Below are positions 38,386 to 47,624 of a stretch of DNA of 64,000 nt, one piece after another. A program made the translations under genes and the position numbers. The stretch covers positions 284,367-348,366 of the forward strand of contig CAVQFA010000003.1 of assembly GCA_963711735.1 (NCBI GenBank). The letters run 5' to 3'. Origin of the DNA: Candidatus Gottesmanbacteria bacterium (GTDB lineage: Bacteria; Patescibacteriota; Microgenomatia; UBA10105; UBA927). A model generated the notes under the pieces. That model saw only the letters and a list, made by a program, of their open reading frames with translations. It had not been told where the DNA came from and did no database searches. Each line of letters starts with the position of its first letter. The stretch's first letter is position 1.

Positions 38386-40842
38386 ATGAAGCTGCCATCG
38401 ATTGTTACAGAATTATTTCAGAAAAAGAAGAAAGAACAGAAATTGTACCTCAGTCTTGTTCTTGAATCCGATCATGTGGTCGGGGCTGTTTTCCAAATTC
38501 TTGATGACGGAACACCTGAGATAGAGCACGCTGTCGCAAAGCGCATAGCATCCGATTCATGGGAGGACAGAATAATCGGTGCTGATGCTGTCATCTCTGC
38601 TTTGGAGAAGAAATTAGAAACGACTGATTTTCATGAGGTCATTTTTGGGCTCCCTGCATCATATTTGTCACCAAACGGCTCAATAACCACGTCTGTGAGG
38701 CCTCACCTGAAAGATGTAGCGACAAAACTCACACTCAATCCAATTGGTTTTGTCCCTATACATCAGGCACTATTGTATAAATTGAAAACAGAAGAAGGCA
38801 TACCTCCTTCAATAATTTTATTGGAAGTAACCACGAGGACTGTTACGCTCTCATTATTTAAAGTCGGAATGCTTACAGGCCAATCGATCATACCCAATAA
38901 CAATTCGGTAGTTCAGGAAATAGAAAATGCTCTTCGAAGTTTTCCGAACGCCGAAGTACTCCCGTCCAGGATTTTATTATCCGGCATAGATGACGGAAAA
39001 TTAGAGAATTTGAAGAAACGCATCACGGAACATCCGTGGACGATACGCGCAAATTTTCTGCATTTTCCCCGTATAGAAACACTACCCCTTGATGTTTCTG
39101 TAGAGAGTGTCTCTTTAGCAGGCGCGAGTGAAATCGGCGGTACTGAAGGTTTTCACTCCGACAATCCGGAACAGGAAATATCGGATGGTACGGGTGATTC
39201 TCCGGAATCCCAACACCCATCTGTCGATACGTACTCTCCTGAAAATTTTACAGACGATGGAAGTGTTGAAGGGAGACCGGATGATCTGAAAGAATACTCT
39301 ACAGGTATAAAACAACCCTCCGAACCACAAGAGAACGATGAGGTAATAGGCGAAACTTCAAAAGAAATAAAGCCAAAAGATACAAGTAATATTGGTAAAT
39401 ATGCTGATGATACAACCCTAACCAATCAGGAAGACATAACAGAGAAGTCGAACGTCACATTCGTGAACCCTGAGGATATCGGTTTCACCAAAGACACGGA
39501 CGTTTTATCAGAAAAATCTGAACTCACACGTGCACAAGCTCTGAAAACTCGTAAACCTGAAAGTACCGATATGTCAGTCGAAGTCAAAGGTAAGCACAGC
39601 ACGCCACCTGTATATTCTCTGGTACTCGTGAAAGGAAAAGAAATTTTCTTGAAAACAAGAAGCATTATTGCAGGGATAGTTCACAAAATACCAATCAGCA
39701 GGAAATTGTTGTTGATCGGAGGTATTGTTGTAACGGTTGCAATCATTCTTTTCGGACTTTTCTATTGGATTATGCGTGAATTTCCAAAGGCAGAGGTTAC
39801 GCTTACGGTTGTCCCGGAAATACTTCAGGCTAAAGAGACTTTAGAATTCAGTACAGGCATAACGACACCTGACAAAGAAAAAAAGATATTTCCTGCTGAG
39901 AAAATTGAGACACAAATTTCTCTGGATAAAAATATCTCAGTTACAGGAAAGAAAAAAGTCGGTGATCCTGCAACCGGCAGCGTGGTTATATATAACAAAG
40001 CAACTTCATCGAGAAAATTATCAAAAGGCACCATCCTGACGAGTGACAAATTATTATTTACATTAGATGCCGATATACAGGTTGCATCTGCATCGGAAAG
40101 TATCGGATCCATAACATTTGGTAAAACAAACGCCCAGGTTACTGCCTCTGCAATCGGAACATCCAGTAACCTGCCTGCAAATACGGAATTTGTTTTTAAG
40201 GATATTTCTTCAAGTATACTTATTGCCCGCAACGATAGCGCATTTACCGGTGGAACAAGCAGGGATGTTACCGTTGTGACAAGAGCTGACTATGATTCCT
40301 TAGTGAAACTTGCTCTTGAAGATGTTAGAAAAAATGCGCAACAGGAGTTATCAGGGAGTATGAGCGGAACGATGAAGTTAATCAGTAATACGGTAGCGAC
40401 GACCGTTAAAGATAAGTCTTTTTCTAACGAATTGGACGAAGAGGCAAAACAGCTATCTGGAACGGTGAATATAGGTATTACCGGTTTAGCATACAACGAA
40501 GATGCATTAAAACGTTTTATTGAAACATTGGAAATGCAGAATGTCCCGTCCGGATACCGGATAATGACTGATAAATCCACCGCGACCATAGACTCTGTCA
40601 AAATCGGGAAAGACGGCACCGTCACAGCAAGTATTTCGTACAAAGGGACCGCAATCCCTTCGTTTACGGAAACGGATTTGTCAAAATTGATAGCCGGAAA
40701 GAGAATATCCGATGCACGGACAGATCTCACAAAGATACGCGGAATAAAAGACGTTTCATTTAAAGTAACACAAACTTTACGGCCGGATTATCTCCCTTTG
40801 AAAAGCGATCGTGTTGTGATAACGGTTCTTTTAAATGAATAA
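38386..40842 (+). CDS. Bitopic protein: FtsA/PilM-like N-terminal domain, acidic linker, TM, baseplate-J-like external domain
   Basis: VIFGLP and LNPIGFV in the N-domain; acidic disordered middle; TM at ~440-462; TGKKKVGDPATGSVVIYN and FTGGTSR C-terminally. Confidence 0.6.
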   Translation: MKLPSIVTELFQKKKKEQKLYLSLVLESDHVVGAVFQILDDGTPEIEHAVAKRIASDSWEDRIIGADAVISALEKKLETTDFHEVIFGLPASYLSPNGSITTSVRPHLKDVATKLTLNPIGFVPIHQALLYKLKTEEGIPPSIILLEVTTRTVTLSLFKVGMLTGQSIIPNNNSVVQEIENALRSFPNAEVLPSRILLSGIDDGKLENLKKRITEHPWTIRANFLHFPRIETLPLDVSVESVSLAGASEIGGTEGFHSDNPEQEISDGTGDSPESQHPSVDTYSPENFTDDGSVEGRPDDLKEYSTGIKQPSEPQENDEVIGETSKEIKPKDTSNIGKYADDTTLTNQEDITEKSNVTFVNPEDIGFTKDTDVLSEKSELTRAQALKTRKPESTDMSVEVKGKHSTPPVYSLVLVKGKEIFLKTRSIIAGIVHKIPISRKLLLIGGIVVTVAIILFGLFYWIMREFPKAEVTLTVVPEILQAKETLEFSTGITTPDKEKKIFPAEKIETQISLDKNISVTGKKKVGDPATGSVVIYNKATSSRKLSKGTILTSDKLLFTLDADIQVASASESIGSITFGKTNAQVTASAIGTSSNLPANTEFVFKDISSSILIARNDSAFTGGTSRDVTVVTRADYDSLVKLALEDVRKNAQQELSGSMSGTMKLISNTVATTVKDKSFSNELDEEAKQLSGTVNIGITGLAYNEDALKRFIETLEMQNVPSGYRIMTDKSTATIDSVKIGKDGTVTASISYKGTAIPSFTETDLSKLIAGKRISDARTDLTKIRGIKDVSFKVTQTLRPDYLPLKSDRVVITVLLNE

Positions 40843-40847
40843 CAAAT

Positions 40848-41585
40848 ATGCCCATATACCGTTACGTTAAAAAATACCCGCGTAAAAAGTTTCAGCCTCC
40901 GCGGTTTGCTTCATATCTGCTTATATGTATGGGGATCGTGATGCTTTTATGGGTTGCATGGCCGATAGTAAGTTTTAAGTTTATTTCTGTTATCGGTTTC
41001 TCGCGGACGATAACCCCCTTAGGTTCGCAAAACGGTCAAATTTCTCCGATCGGAGACGGAATTGTCCATGCTGCAAGTCAGGATCAGACGAACTATGCTG
41101 ATCCGAACACCTGGTTTCCCGGCAAACCGCAAAAAAAGATCGTTACTCCAATAAATACATACTCGTTATCTATTCCGAAGCTGCACATTGAAAACGCAAC
41201 CGTTGTTATTGCCGGCGATTCACTCGATAAAAGTCTCATCCACTACGGGGGAACTGCAATACCAGGGGAATACGGTAACACCGTCATTTTTGGGCATTCT
41301 ACGCTACCGGCTCTCTATGATCCAAAAAGCTATAAAACAATATTTTCCTTATTACCAACACTCGATGCGGCGAGCGCAACCCGTCCGGGAGATGACATAT
41401 TTATCACATATGACGAAATTACGTACAGATACGAGGTTATCGATATTGTTGTTACTAAACCGCAGGATTTATCTCCGTTAGAGCAAACATTTGATGATTC
41501 GTACGTGACTCTTGTTACGTGTGTACCTCCTGGTACCTACTGGGAGAGGATGTATGTAAAAGCCAGAATTATTCCATTACAATGA
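40848..41585 (+). CDS. Sortase
   Basis: TM, LSIPKL, GNTVIFGHS, TLVTC, downstream Arg. Confidence 0.92.
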   Translation: MPIYRYVKKYPRKKFQPPRFASYLLICMGIVMLLWVAWPIVSFKFISVIGFSRTITPLGSQNGQISPIGDGIVHAASQDQTNYADPNTWFPGKPQKKIVTPINTYSLSIPKLHIENATVVIAGDSLDKSLIHYGGTAIPGEYGNTVIFGHSTLPALYDPKSYKTIFSLLPTLDAASATRPGDDIFITYDEITYRYEVIDIVVTKPQDLSPLEQTFDDSYVTLVTCVPPGTYWERMYVKARIIPLQ

Positions 41586-42865
41586 AAGTATCTACTTCTG
41601 TTTCATCAGACATATCGAATAAAGAGCTGGCAATTACTGCAATAAAAAAGAAGCTCATTGGGAAAAAATTATCATACAATGAAATTTTTGCCGTCATGGA
41701 TCAGATCGCAAACGAACGTTTAGGACCGGTTCTCACAACGTATTTTGCTGCAGCAGGATTTAAAGAAGGTTTTAGTCCGGACGAATTGTATTATTTAACC
41801 AAAGCAATGGTAGACACCGGTCCGAAACTGCACTTCCCGGGGATAATTGCCGGAAAACATTCTATAGGTGGAGTTGCCGGAACAAGAACAACAATGATTA
41901 TTGTTCCTATTATTGCAGCAGCCGGATTTCTTATCCCAAAAAATTCATCCCGCGCAATAACATCTCCCGCCGGAACAGCGGATACTATGGAGGTTTTGGC
42001 TCCGGTTTCGTTTACACCGACACAGATAAAAAAAATCGTGGAAAAAATTGGCGGATGCATTGTATGGGGAGGCAATCTCGGTTTAGCTCCCGCGGATGAC
42101 GTTATTATTCAGATAGAACAGCCGTTGGCATTTGAATCATATGATAAGTTCATTATTGCCATAATGGCAAAGCAAATTGCATCGGGCGTAACACATTTAG
42201 TGCTTGATATTCCCGTTGGTCCAACGATGAAAGTGAATCATTTTAAAGACGCAGATATCATAGCAAAAAAATTTCAATATCTTGCGAAAAGATTCGGCAT
42301 TACCTTAGTTACGGATATCAATGAAACACGTCAGAATGCCGGACGGGGTGTGGGACCTTTACTTGAAGCAAAAGATGCGCTATCCGTTCTAGAACAGCAT
42401 CCGGAGAGACCTTTGGAACTTGAAAGCAAAGCACTTCGTTTGGCGGGTAAACTTCTTACGATTTGTTTTCGGAAAAAACCGTCAAAATTCATTTCAGACC
42501 CTGAGGAATACGCACGTGAATTACTCACAAGCGGTGTTGCGGCAAAGAAGATGAGTGAAATTATTAAAGCCCAGGGAGGAAACCCTCATATAACCGCATA
42601 TGATTTAAAACCCGGTAATAAGCAATATCACGTGCTCGCGCCGCGCCACGGGAGAATTATTGCTATAAACAATCAGCATATTTCCGTCATCTGCAGAATT
42701 CTCGGATGTCCCGTCGATAAACGATCCGGTATGTATCTCAACAGAAAACTTGAAGACCAGGTAGACAAAGGTGATATACTATGTACGCTTTATGCTGATG
42801 ATGCCTGGAGAATAAAAGAAGCGTGTGATACGCTCAAGAACATTCCTATATATACAGTACGATGA
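41582..42865 (+). CDS. AMP phosphorylase/thymidine phosphorylase family
   Basis: KHSIGG, PKNSSRAITSPAGTADTME, LAPADD, DIPVG, AQGG; ATG 41582 overlaps the sortase stop. Confidence 0.9.
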   Translation: MKVSTSVSSDISNKELAITAIKKKLIGKKLSYNEIFAVMDQIANERLGPVLTTYFAAAGFKEGFSPDELYYLTKAMVDTGPKLHFPGIIAGKHSIGGVAGTRTTMIIVPIIAAAGFLIPKNSSRAITSPAGTADTMEVLAPVSFTPTQIKKIVEKIGGCIVWGGNLGLAPADDVIIQIEQPLAFESYDKFIIAIMAKQIASGVTHLVLDIPVGPTMKVNHFKDADIIAKKFQYLAKRFGITLVTDINETRQNAGRGVGPLLEAKDALSVLEQHPERPLELESKALRLAGKLLTICFRKKPSKFISDPEEYARELLTSGVAAKKMSEIIKAQGGNPHITAYDLKPGNKQYHVLAPRHGRIIAINNQHISVICRILGCPVDKRSGMYLNRKLEDQVDKGDILCTLYADDAWRIKEACDTLKNIPIYTVR

Positions 42866-42866
42866 T

Positions 42867-43061
42867 ATGCTGAAAAATATTATTGCACCGGTACAGGCAT
42901 GGCTCCTCTATCAGGGAAAATGCGTAGGTTGCGGAAAAACACTTCCCCGGAGGGATGACGCCACCGGATATAAGCAGGTGACATGTTCATGCGGAAGGAT
43001 ATATATGTATGATGCAACTGCAAAAAAATTCAGGAGGGCAACTTTTGAAGAAATTAAATAA
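42867..43061 (+). CDS. Small zinc-ribbon protein
   Basis: CVGC...CSC, 64 aa, tightly coupled to neighbours. Confidence 0.75.
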   Translation: MLKNIIAPVQAWLLYQGKCVGCGKTLPRRDDATGYKQVTCSCGRIYMYDATAKKFRRATFEEIK

Positions 43062-43071
43062 TTTGGGTTTT

Positions 43072-44025
43072 GTGCGCATAGGAATATTAATAATCGTATT
43101 ATTTACGGTTGTATTAGGATTTCTGGTGTGGTGGAAAGACGCTGCAGGACCCGTAGATAACAAAGACATGCAACCGATTCTTTTCAAAATTCAAAAAGGA
43201 GAAGGTGTAAAAAGTATCATATACCGGCTTTCAAAAGAACGGCTTATACGAAGTCCGTCTGCATTTTTTTTGTATATTAAACTGTCCCACCTGGAAAAAG
43301 ATTTACAGGCCGGTGATTTCCGTTTAAACAGAGGAATGGATTCCAACACCATTGCCCAGGAGTTAACCCACGGTACTTTGGATGTATGGGTTACGTTACT
43401 TGAAGGGTGGCGTAAAGAAGAAGTTGCCGCCCGTCTGTCAAAAGATTTAGATATTCCGGAATCGGAATTTATTCTTCATTCTAAGGAAGGATATCTTTTT
43501 CCTGATACATATTTAATTCCTAAAGATGCCACAGCCGGGGCAGTATTGGAAGTTCTTACAAATAATTTCAACAGCAAAGTAACAGAAGAAATCCTCCGGG
43601 GTTTTGCTGCAGAGCATTTGTCCACATCCGATGCAGTGATTCTTGCATCTATTGTTGAAAGGGAAGGCAGAACTGAGGAAGACCGTCCTATGATAGCCGG
43701 AATTTTAATGAATCGTTTGCAAAAAGATTGGCCTTTACAGGCTGATGCAACACTACAATATATATTAGGATATCAGGCGAATGAAAAGACATGGTGGAAG
43801 AAAGAATTAACGGACTACGACAAAAAAATTGATTCTCCGTACAATACCTATCTATATAAAGGTTTGCCGAAAGGACCCATATCAAATCCCGGACTTTCGT
43901 CAATTCGGGCAGTTGCTTTCCCAAAAAAATCCGAATATATGTTTTATCTACATGATAAAAGTGGTTTTGTCCATTACGCTAAAACGGCAGAAGAACATGC
44001 AATGAACGTGTCGAAATATTTATAA
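43072..44025 (+). CDS. mltG: Endolytic transglycosylase MltG
   Basis: EGYLFPDTY, ASIVERE, LQADAT, SPYNTY, GPISNPG; probable GTG start. Confidence 0.93.
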   Translation: MRIGILIIVLFTVVLGFLVWWKDAAGPVDNKDMQPILFKIQKGEGVKSIIYRLSKERLIRSPSAFFLYIKLSHLEKDLQAGDFRLNRGMDSNTIAQELTHGTLDVWVTLLEGWRKEEVAARLSKDLDIPESEFILHSKEGYLFPDTYLIPKDATAGAVLEVLTNNFNSKVTEEILRGFAAEHLSTSDAVILASIVEREGRTEEDRPMIAGILMNRLQKDWPLQADATLQYILGYQANEKTWWKKELTDYDKKIDSPYNTYLYKGLPKGPISNPGLSSIRAVAFPKKSEYMFYLHDKSGFVHYAKTAEEHAMNVSKYL

Positions 44026-44070
44026 TCTTAATATTTCTTTCGGGATTTAAATAATTGTTAAAACTCCACC

Positions 44071-44098
44071 TTGACAATTCCGGAATACATCATATAAT
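44071..44098 (+). promoter_or_regulatory. Sigma70-type promoter of rpoBC
   Basis: TTGACA-N16-TATAAT. Confidence 0.8.
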
Positions 44099-44122
44099 AA
44101 TTACTAATTTGATAGCCTTTAT

Positions 44123-44153
44123 GAGGCGAACGTTCATTGTTCGCTTCTTTTTT
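44123..44153 (+). terminator. Terminator-like hairpin in rpoB leader
   Basis: GAGGCGAAC-GTTCATT-GTTCGCTTC-TTTTTT, between promoter and start codon. Confidence 0.6.
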
Positions 44154-44187
44154 CGTTTATATCGTCCATTCTGCAGAATTTATTTTA

Positions 44188-47100
44188 ATGGCAAAAGCTG
44201 ATCCACAACCAACCAGAGATTATTGGGGAGCGAATTATTCAAATATTCCTCAATTGGATTTAACTCTTGTACAACGAGAGTCTTATCAATGGTTTTTGGA
44301 AGAAGGGATAAGAGAACTTCTTTCCGAAGTTACCCCCATAACTGATTTTACGGGTAAGAATTGGGAATTGGTATTCGGAGATTATTTTTTTGGAAAGCCA
44401 AGACTCACACCAATAATTGCCCGTGAAAAAGGTTTGACGTATGACATGCCACTTCGCGTTACGGCAACACTGACAAATAAGCAAAACGGCCATCATGTAA
44501 CACAGGAAGTATTCTTGGGAGATATTCCTGCGATGACAGAACATGGTACGTTTATTATTAACGGCATTGAACGTTGTGTGGTTAATCAGCTCGTGCGTTC
44601 TCCGGGGATTTATTTTACGGGTACCGTAGATTCCACAACCGGAAGGACATTGTACAGCGCTGAAATCCGTCCGATGCACGGAAGTTGGCTTGAATTTATT
44701 ACGACAAGAAACGACGTCATAATGGTAAGAATTGACAGACGCAGAAAATTTGTTGCATCCACATTTCTTCGGGCTATTGGTCTCGGAACAAATGAAGAAA
44801 TTCAAAAAGCATTTCAGGACATTGAAGTAAATGGTGACCATAATTTTATCGAATCAACATTGTCAAAAGATACGACAACAAATCAGACAGAGGCTATTTT
44901 GGAGCTGTACCGGAAACTTCGGCCCGGCGAACCAATAGTGCTGGAAAATGCTCAGGAACTCATGCGAAGCATGTTTTTTGATTACCGGAGATATTCTCTT
45001 GAACGGGTAGGCAGATATAAAATGAATAAGAAATTGGAAATTGCTGTATCGAATCAAAAGAATAATTGGGTTTTGACAAAAGAAGATATTTTAGGAAGTG
45101 TAAGATATTTAATCAATTTAGCTAATGGTAAAGGTGACGTTGATGATATTGATCATCTCGGAAACCGCAGGGTTCGCAGGGTAGGTGAACTGGTTGCTAC
45201 AAACGCATTCAGGGTTGGTTTATTGCGTCTCGAGCGGTCGGTCAGAGAAAAAATGAGTTTAGCTGGTCCTGCAGCCATAGATTTAACTCCAACGCAGCTT
45301 ATCAACGCGCGTCCGATTATTGCTGCAATAAATGATTTCTTCCGTACAAGCCAATTATCTACAATACTCGATCAAACCAATCCATTATCAGAAGTTGATA
45401 ATCTCAGACGTCTCACTGTTATGGGCGTCGGTGGAATTTCCCGGGAGCGGGCCTCGTTTTCCATCCGTGATATCAATGCATCTCAATATTCACGGATTTG
45501 TCCGGTCAGAAGTCCTGAAGGACCGAATATCGGGCTTGTAACATACATGTCCCTCTTTACCAGGGTAAATGAATTCGGTTTTCTGGAAGCTCCTTACCGA
45601 AAAGTAGAAAAAGTGAAATCAGGCGAAACCGTAAGGATGAGAATTACCGATGAAGTGGTATATATGGATGCCAGTGATGAGCAATATCACCATATAACAC
45701 ACGCATCAATATCTATAGATCCTAAAGGATATATTCTGGATGAACGGGTTCCTACCAGGTATAAGGGAGAATTTTTGGAAACAGACGTGACAAATATAGA
45801 ATTTATAGATTCTGTTCCAAAGCAGGTAGTGGGGGGTCCGGCATCGTTAATTCCGTTTATTGCGCATGACGAAGCAAACCGTGCGCTTATGGGAACACAC
45901 ATGCAATGTCAGTCCGTGCCATTATTAATTCCTCAATCGCCGGTTATCGGGACCGGGATGGAAAGTCCGATTGCATCTGCAATGGACAGAGTTATCCGGG
46001 CGAAAGACGATGCAACAGTAACGTTTGCTGACGGTTCTATGGTTGTTGTGGAGACGAAGGATAAACAGAAAGAGACGTATCTGATAGAAAAATTTAAAAG
46101 ATCAGCACAATCCACAAGCTACAATCAAAAGGTGCTTGTGAAAACAGGAGAAAAGGTAAGTGCAAATACAGTACTCGTGGACGGACCGGCATGTGACGGG
46201 GGCGAACTGGCGCTCGGATCAAATTTGGTTATTGCATATATGAGTTTTGACGGACTTGGATACGAGGACGCAATTGTTATATCAGACCGGTTAGTGAGAG
46301 AGGATGTCCTGACAAGCATTAATATAGAAGAACACGAAGCAAGCGTAGTGGATACAAAACTCGGACCTGAAGAAACTACCAGAGATATTCCGAATGTGGG
46401 TGAGGAAGCATTAAGAAATCTGGACGCGGACGGTATAGTCGTTGTTGGTGCTGAAGTCGGTCCCAACGATATTCTTGTTGGTAAGATTGCACCAAAAGGC
46501 GAAACTGAACTTACAGCAGAAGAAAGATTGCTACGGGCAATTTTCGGAGAAAAAGCCCGTGAAGTGCGGGACACAAGCCTTCGCATGCCGCATGGAGAAA
46601 GAGGAACAGTCATTGAAGTGAAAATACTGGATAAAGAAAAGGGTGATGAATTGGAGCCAGGTACCAACAGAAAAATAATCGTACGCGTTGCACAAATCAG
46701 AAAAGTAGTAGTCGGGGATAAACTTGCTGGACGACACGGAAATAAAGGTGTTATTTCAAAGATCGTGCCACAGGCAGATATGCCGTATATGTCTGACGGC
46801 ACAGTTGTAGATATAATAATTTCTCCTCTTTCCGTATTGTCCCGTATGAATTTAGGTCAACTACTTGAGGCACACCTGGGTTTTGCGGCATCAAAGCTGA
46901 ATAAAAAAATCGCATTACCGGTTTTTGAACATATTTCGGAGGAGAAAATTACAGACATGCTTAAAAAGGCAAGCCTTTCTCTTGACGGTAAAAGTGAGTT
47001 GTATGACGGACGAACCGGAGAGTTGTTTAAAGAGCGGGTTGTGGTAGGAATTGAATATGTCATGAAACTGATTCACATGGTAGAAGATAAAACGCATGCG

Positions 47101-47616
47101 CGTTCAACTGGACCATATTCACTTGTTACCCAGCAACCTCTCGGAGGAAAAGCGCAAATGGGCGGACAGAGATTGGGAGAAATGGAAGTTTGGGCGTTAG
47201 AATCTCATAGAGCTTCACATGTCCTTCAGGAAATGCTCACAATTAAATCAGATGACGTTGTAGGAAGAGCTAAGGCTTTTGAGGCTATTGTAAAAGGGAC
47301 GGAAATTCCGGCATCAACAGTTCCGGAATCATTTAAAGTTTTAGTTAAAGAATTACAGGCTTTAGGATTAAATGTTATTCCAACCGGCGTAGTTACTGCC
47401 AAACCGGTAAGTTCAACGCAATCTGATCAACCGGTTGTTCCACAACCATCATCTCAGACATCAAACCCGGTTCCTCCACAAACTTCAGTACCCAACGATG
47501 TGAAAGATGACACTAAAGAGGAAGTTGCGATCGTTCCTGAGATTATCAGTGAACCGGAAGTTCTTAAGGAAGATGTCAAAGCAATTGAAAATCCTCATTC
47601 AGAGGGGGAGGCATAG
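44188..47616 (+). CDS. rpoB: RNA polymerase beta subunit
   Basis: PEGPNIGL, GDKLAGRHGNKG, GGQRLGEME; start at ATG 44188; low-complexity C-terminal tail. Confidence 0.99.
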   Translation: MAKADPQPTRDYWGANYSNIPQLDLTLVQRESYQWFLEEGIRELLSEVTPITDFTGKNWELVFGDYFFGKPRLTPIIAREKGLTYDMPLRVTATLTNKQNGHHVTQEVFLGDIPAMTEHGTFIINGIERCVVNQLVRSPGIYFTGTVDSTTGRTLYSAEIRPMHGSWLEFITTRNDVIMVRIDRRRKFVASTFLRAIGLGTNEEIQKAFQDIEVNGDHNFIESTLSKDTTTNQTEAILELYRKLRPGEPIVLENAQELMRSMFFDYRRYSLERVGRYKMNKKLEIAVSNQKNNWVLTKEDILGSVRYLINLANGKGDVDDIDHLGNRRVRRVGELVATNAFRVGLLRLERSVREKMSLAGPAAIDLTPTQLINARPIIAAINDFFRTSQLSTILDQTNPLSEVDNLRRLTVMGVGGISRERASFSIRDINASQYSRICPVRSPEGPNIGLVTYMSLFTRVNEFGFLEAPYRKVEKVKSGETVRMRITDEVVYMDASDEQYHHITHASISIDPKGYILDERVPTRYKGEFLETDVTNIEFIDSVPKQVVGGPASLIPFIAHDEANRALMGTHMQCQSVPLLIPQSPVIGTGMESPIASAMDRVIRAKDDATVTFADGSMVVVETKDKQKETYLIEKFKRSAQSTSYNQKVLVKTGEKVSANTVLVDGPACDGGELALGSNLVIAYMSFDGLGYEDAIVISDRLVREDVLTSINIEEHEASVVDTKLGPEETTRDIPNVGEEALRNLDADGIVVVGAEVGPNDILVGKIAPKGETELTAEERLLRAIFGEKAREVRDTSLRMPHGERGTVIEVKILDKEKGDELEPGTNRKIIVRVAQIRKVVVGDKLAGRHGNKGVISKIVPQADMPYMSDGTVVDIIISPLSVLSRMNLGQLLEAHLGFAASKLNKKIALPVFEHISEEKITDMLKKASLSLDGKSELYDGRTGELFKERVVVGIEYVMKLIHMVEDKTHARSTGPYSLVTQQPLGGKAQMGGQRLGEMEVWALESHRASHVLQEMLTIKSDDVVGRAKAFEAIVKGTEIPASTVPESFKVLVKELQALGLNVIPTGVVTAKPVSSTQSDQPVVPQPSSQTSNPVPPQTSVPNDVKDDTKEEVAIVPEIISEPEVLKEDVKAIENPHSEGEA

Positions 47617-47624
47617 GAACATTT

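Noticed and set aside
38386-40842. Prophage or contractile injection system
   Set aside because: No sheath, tube, spike, capsid or integrase genes nearby; the protein is membrane-anchored among housekeeping genes.
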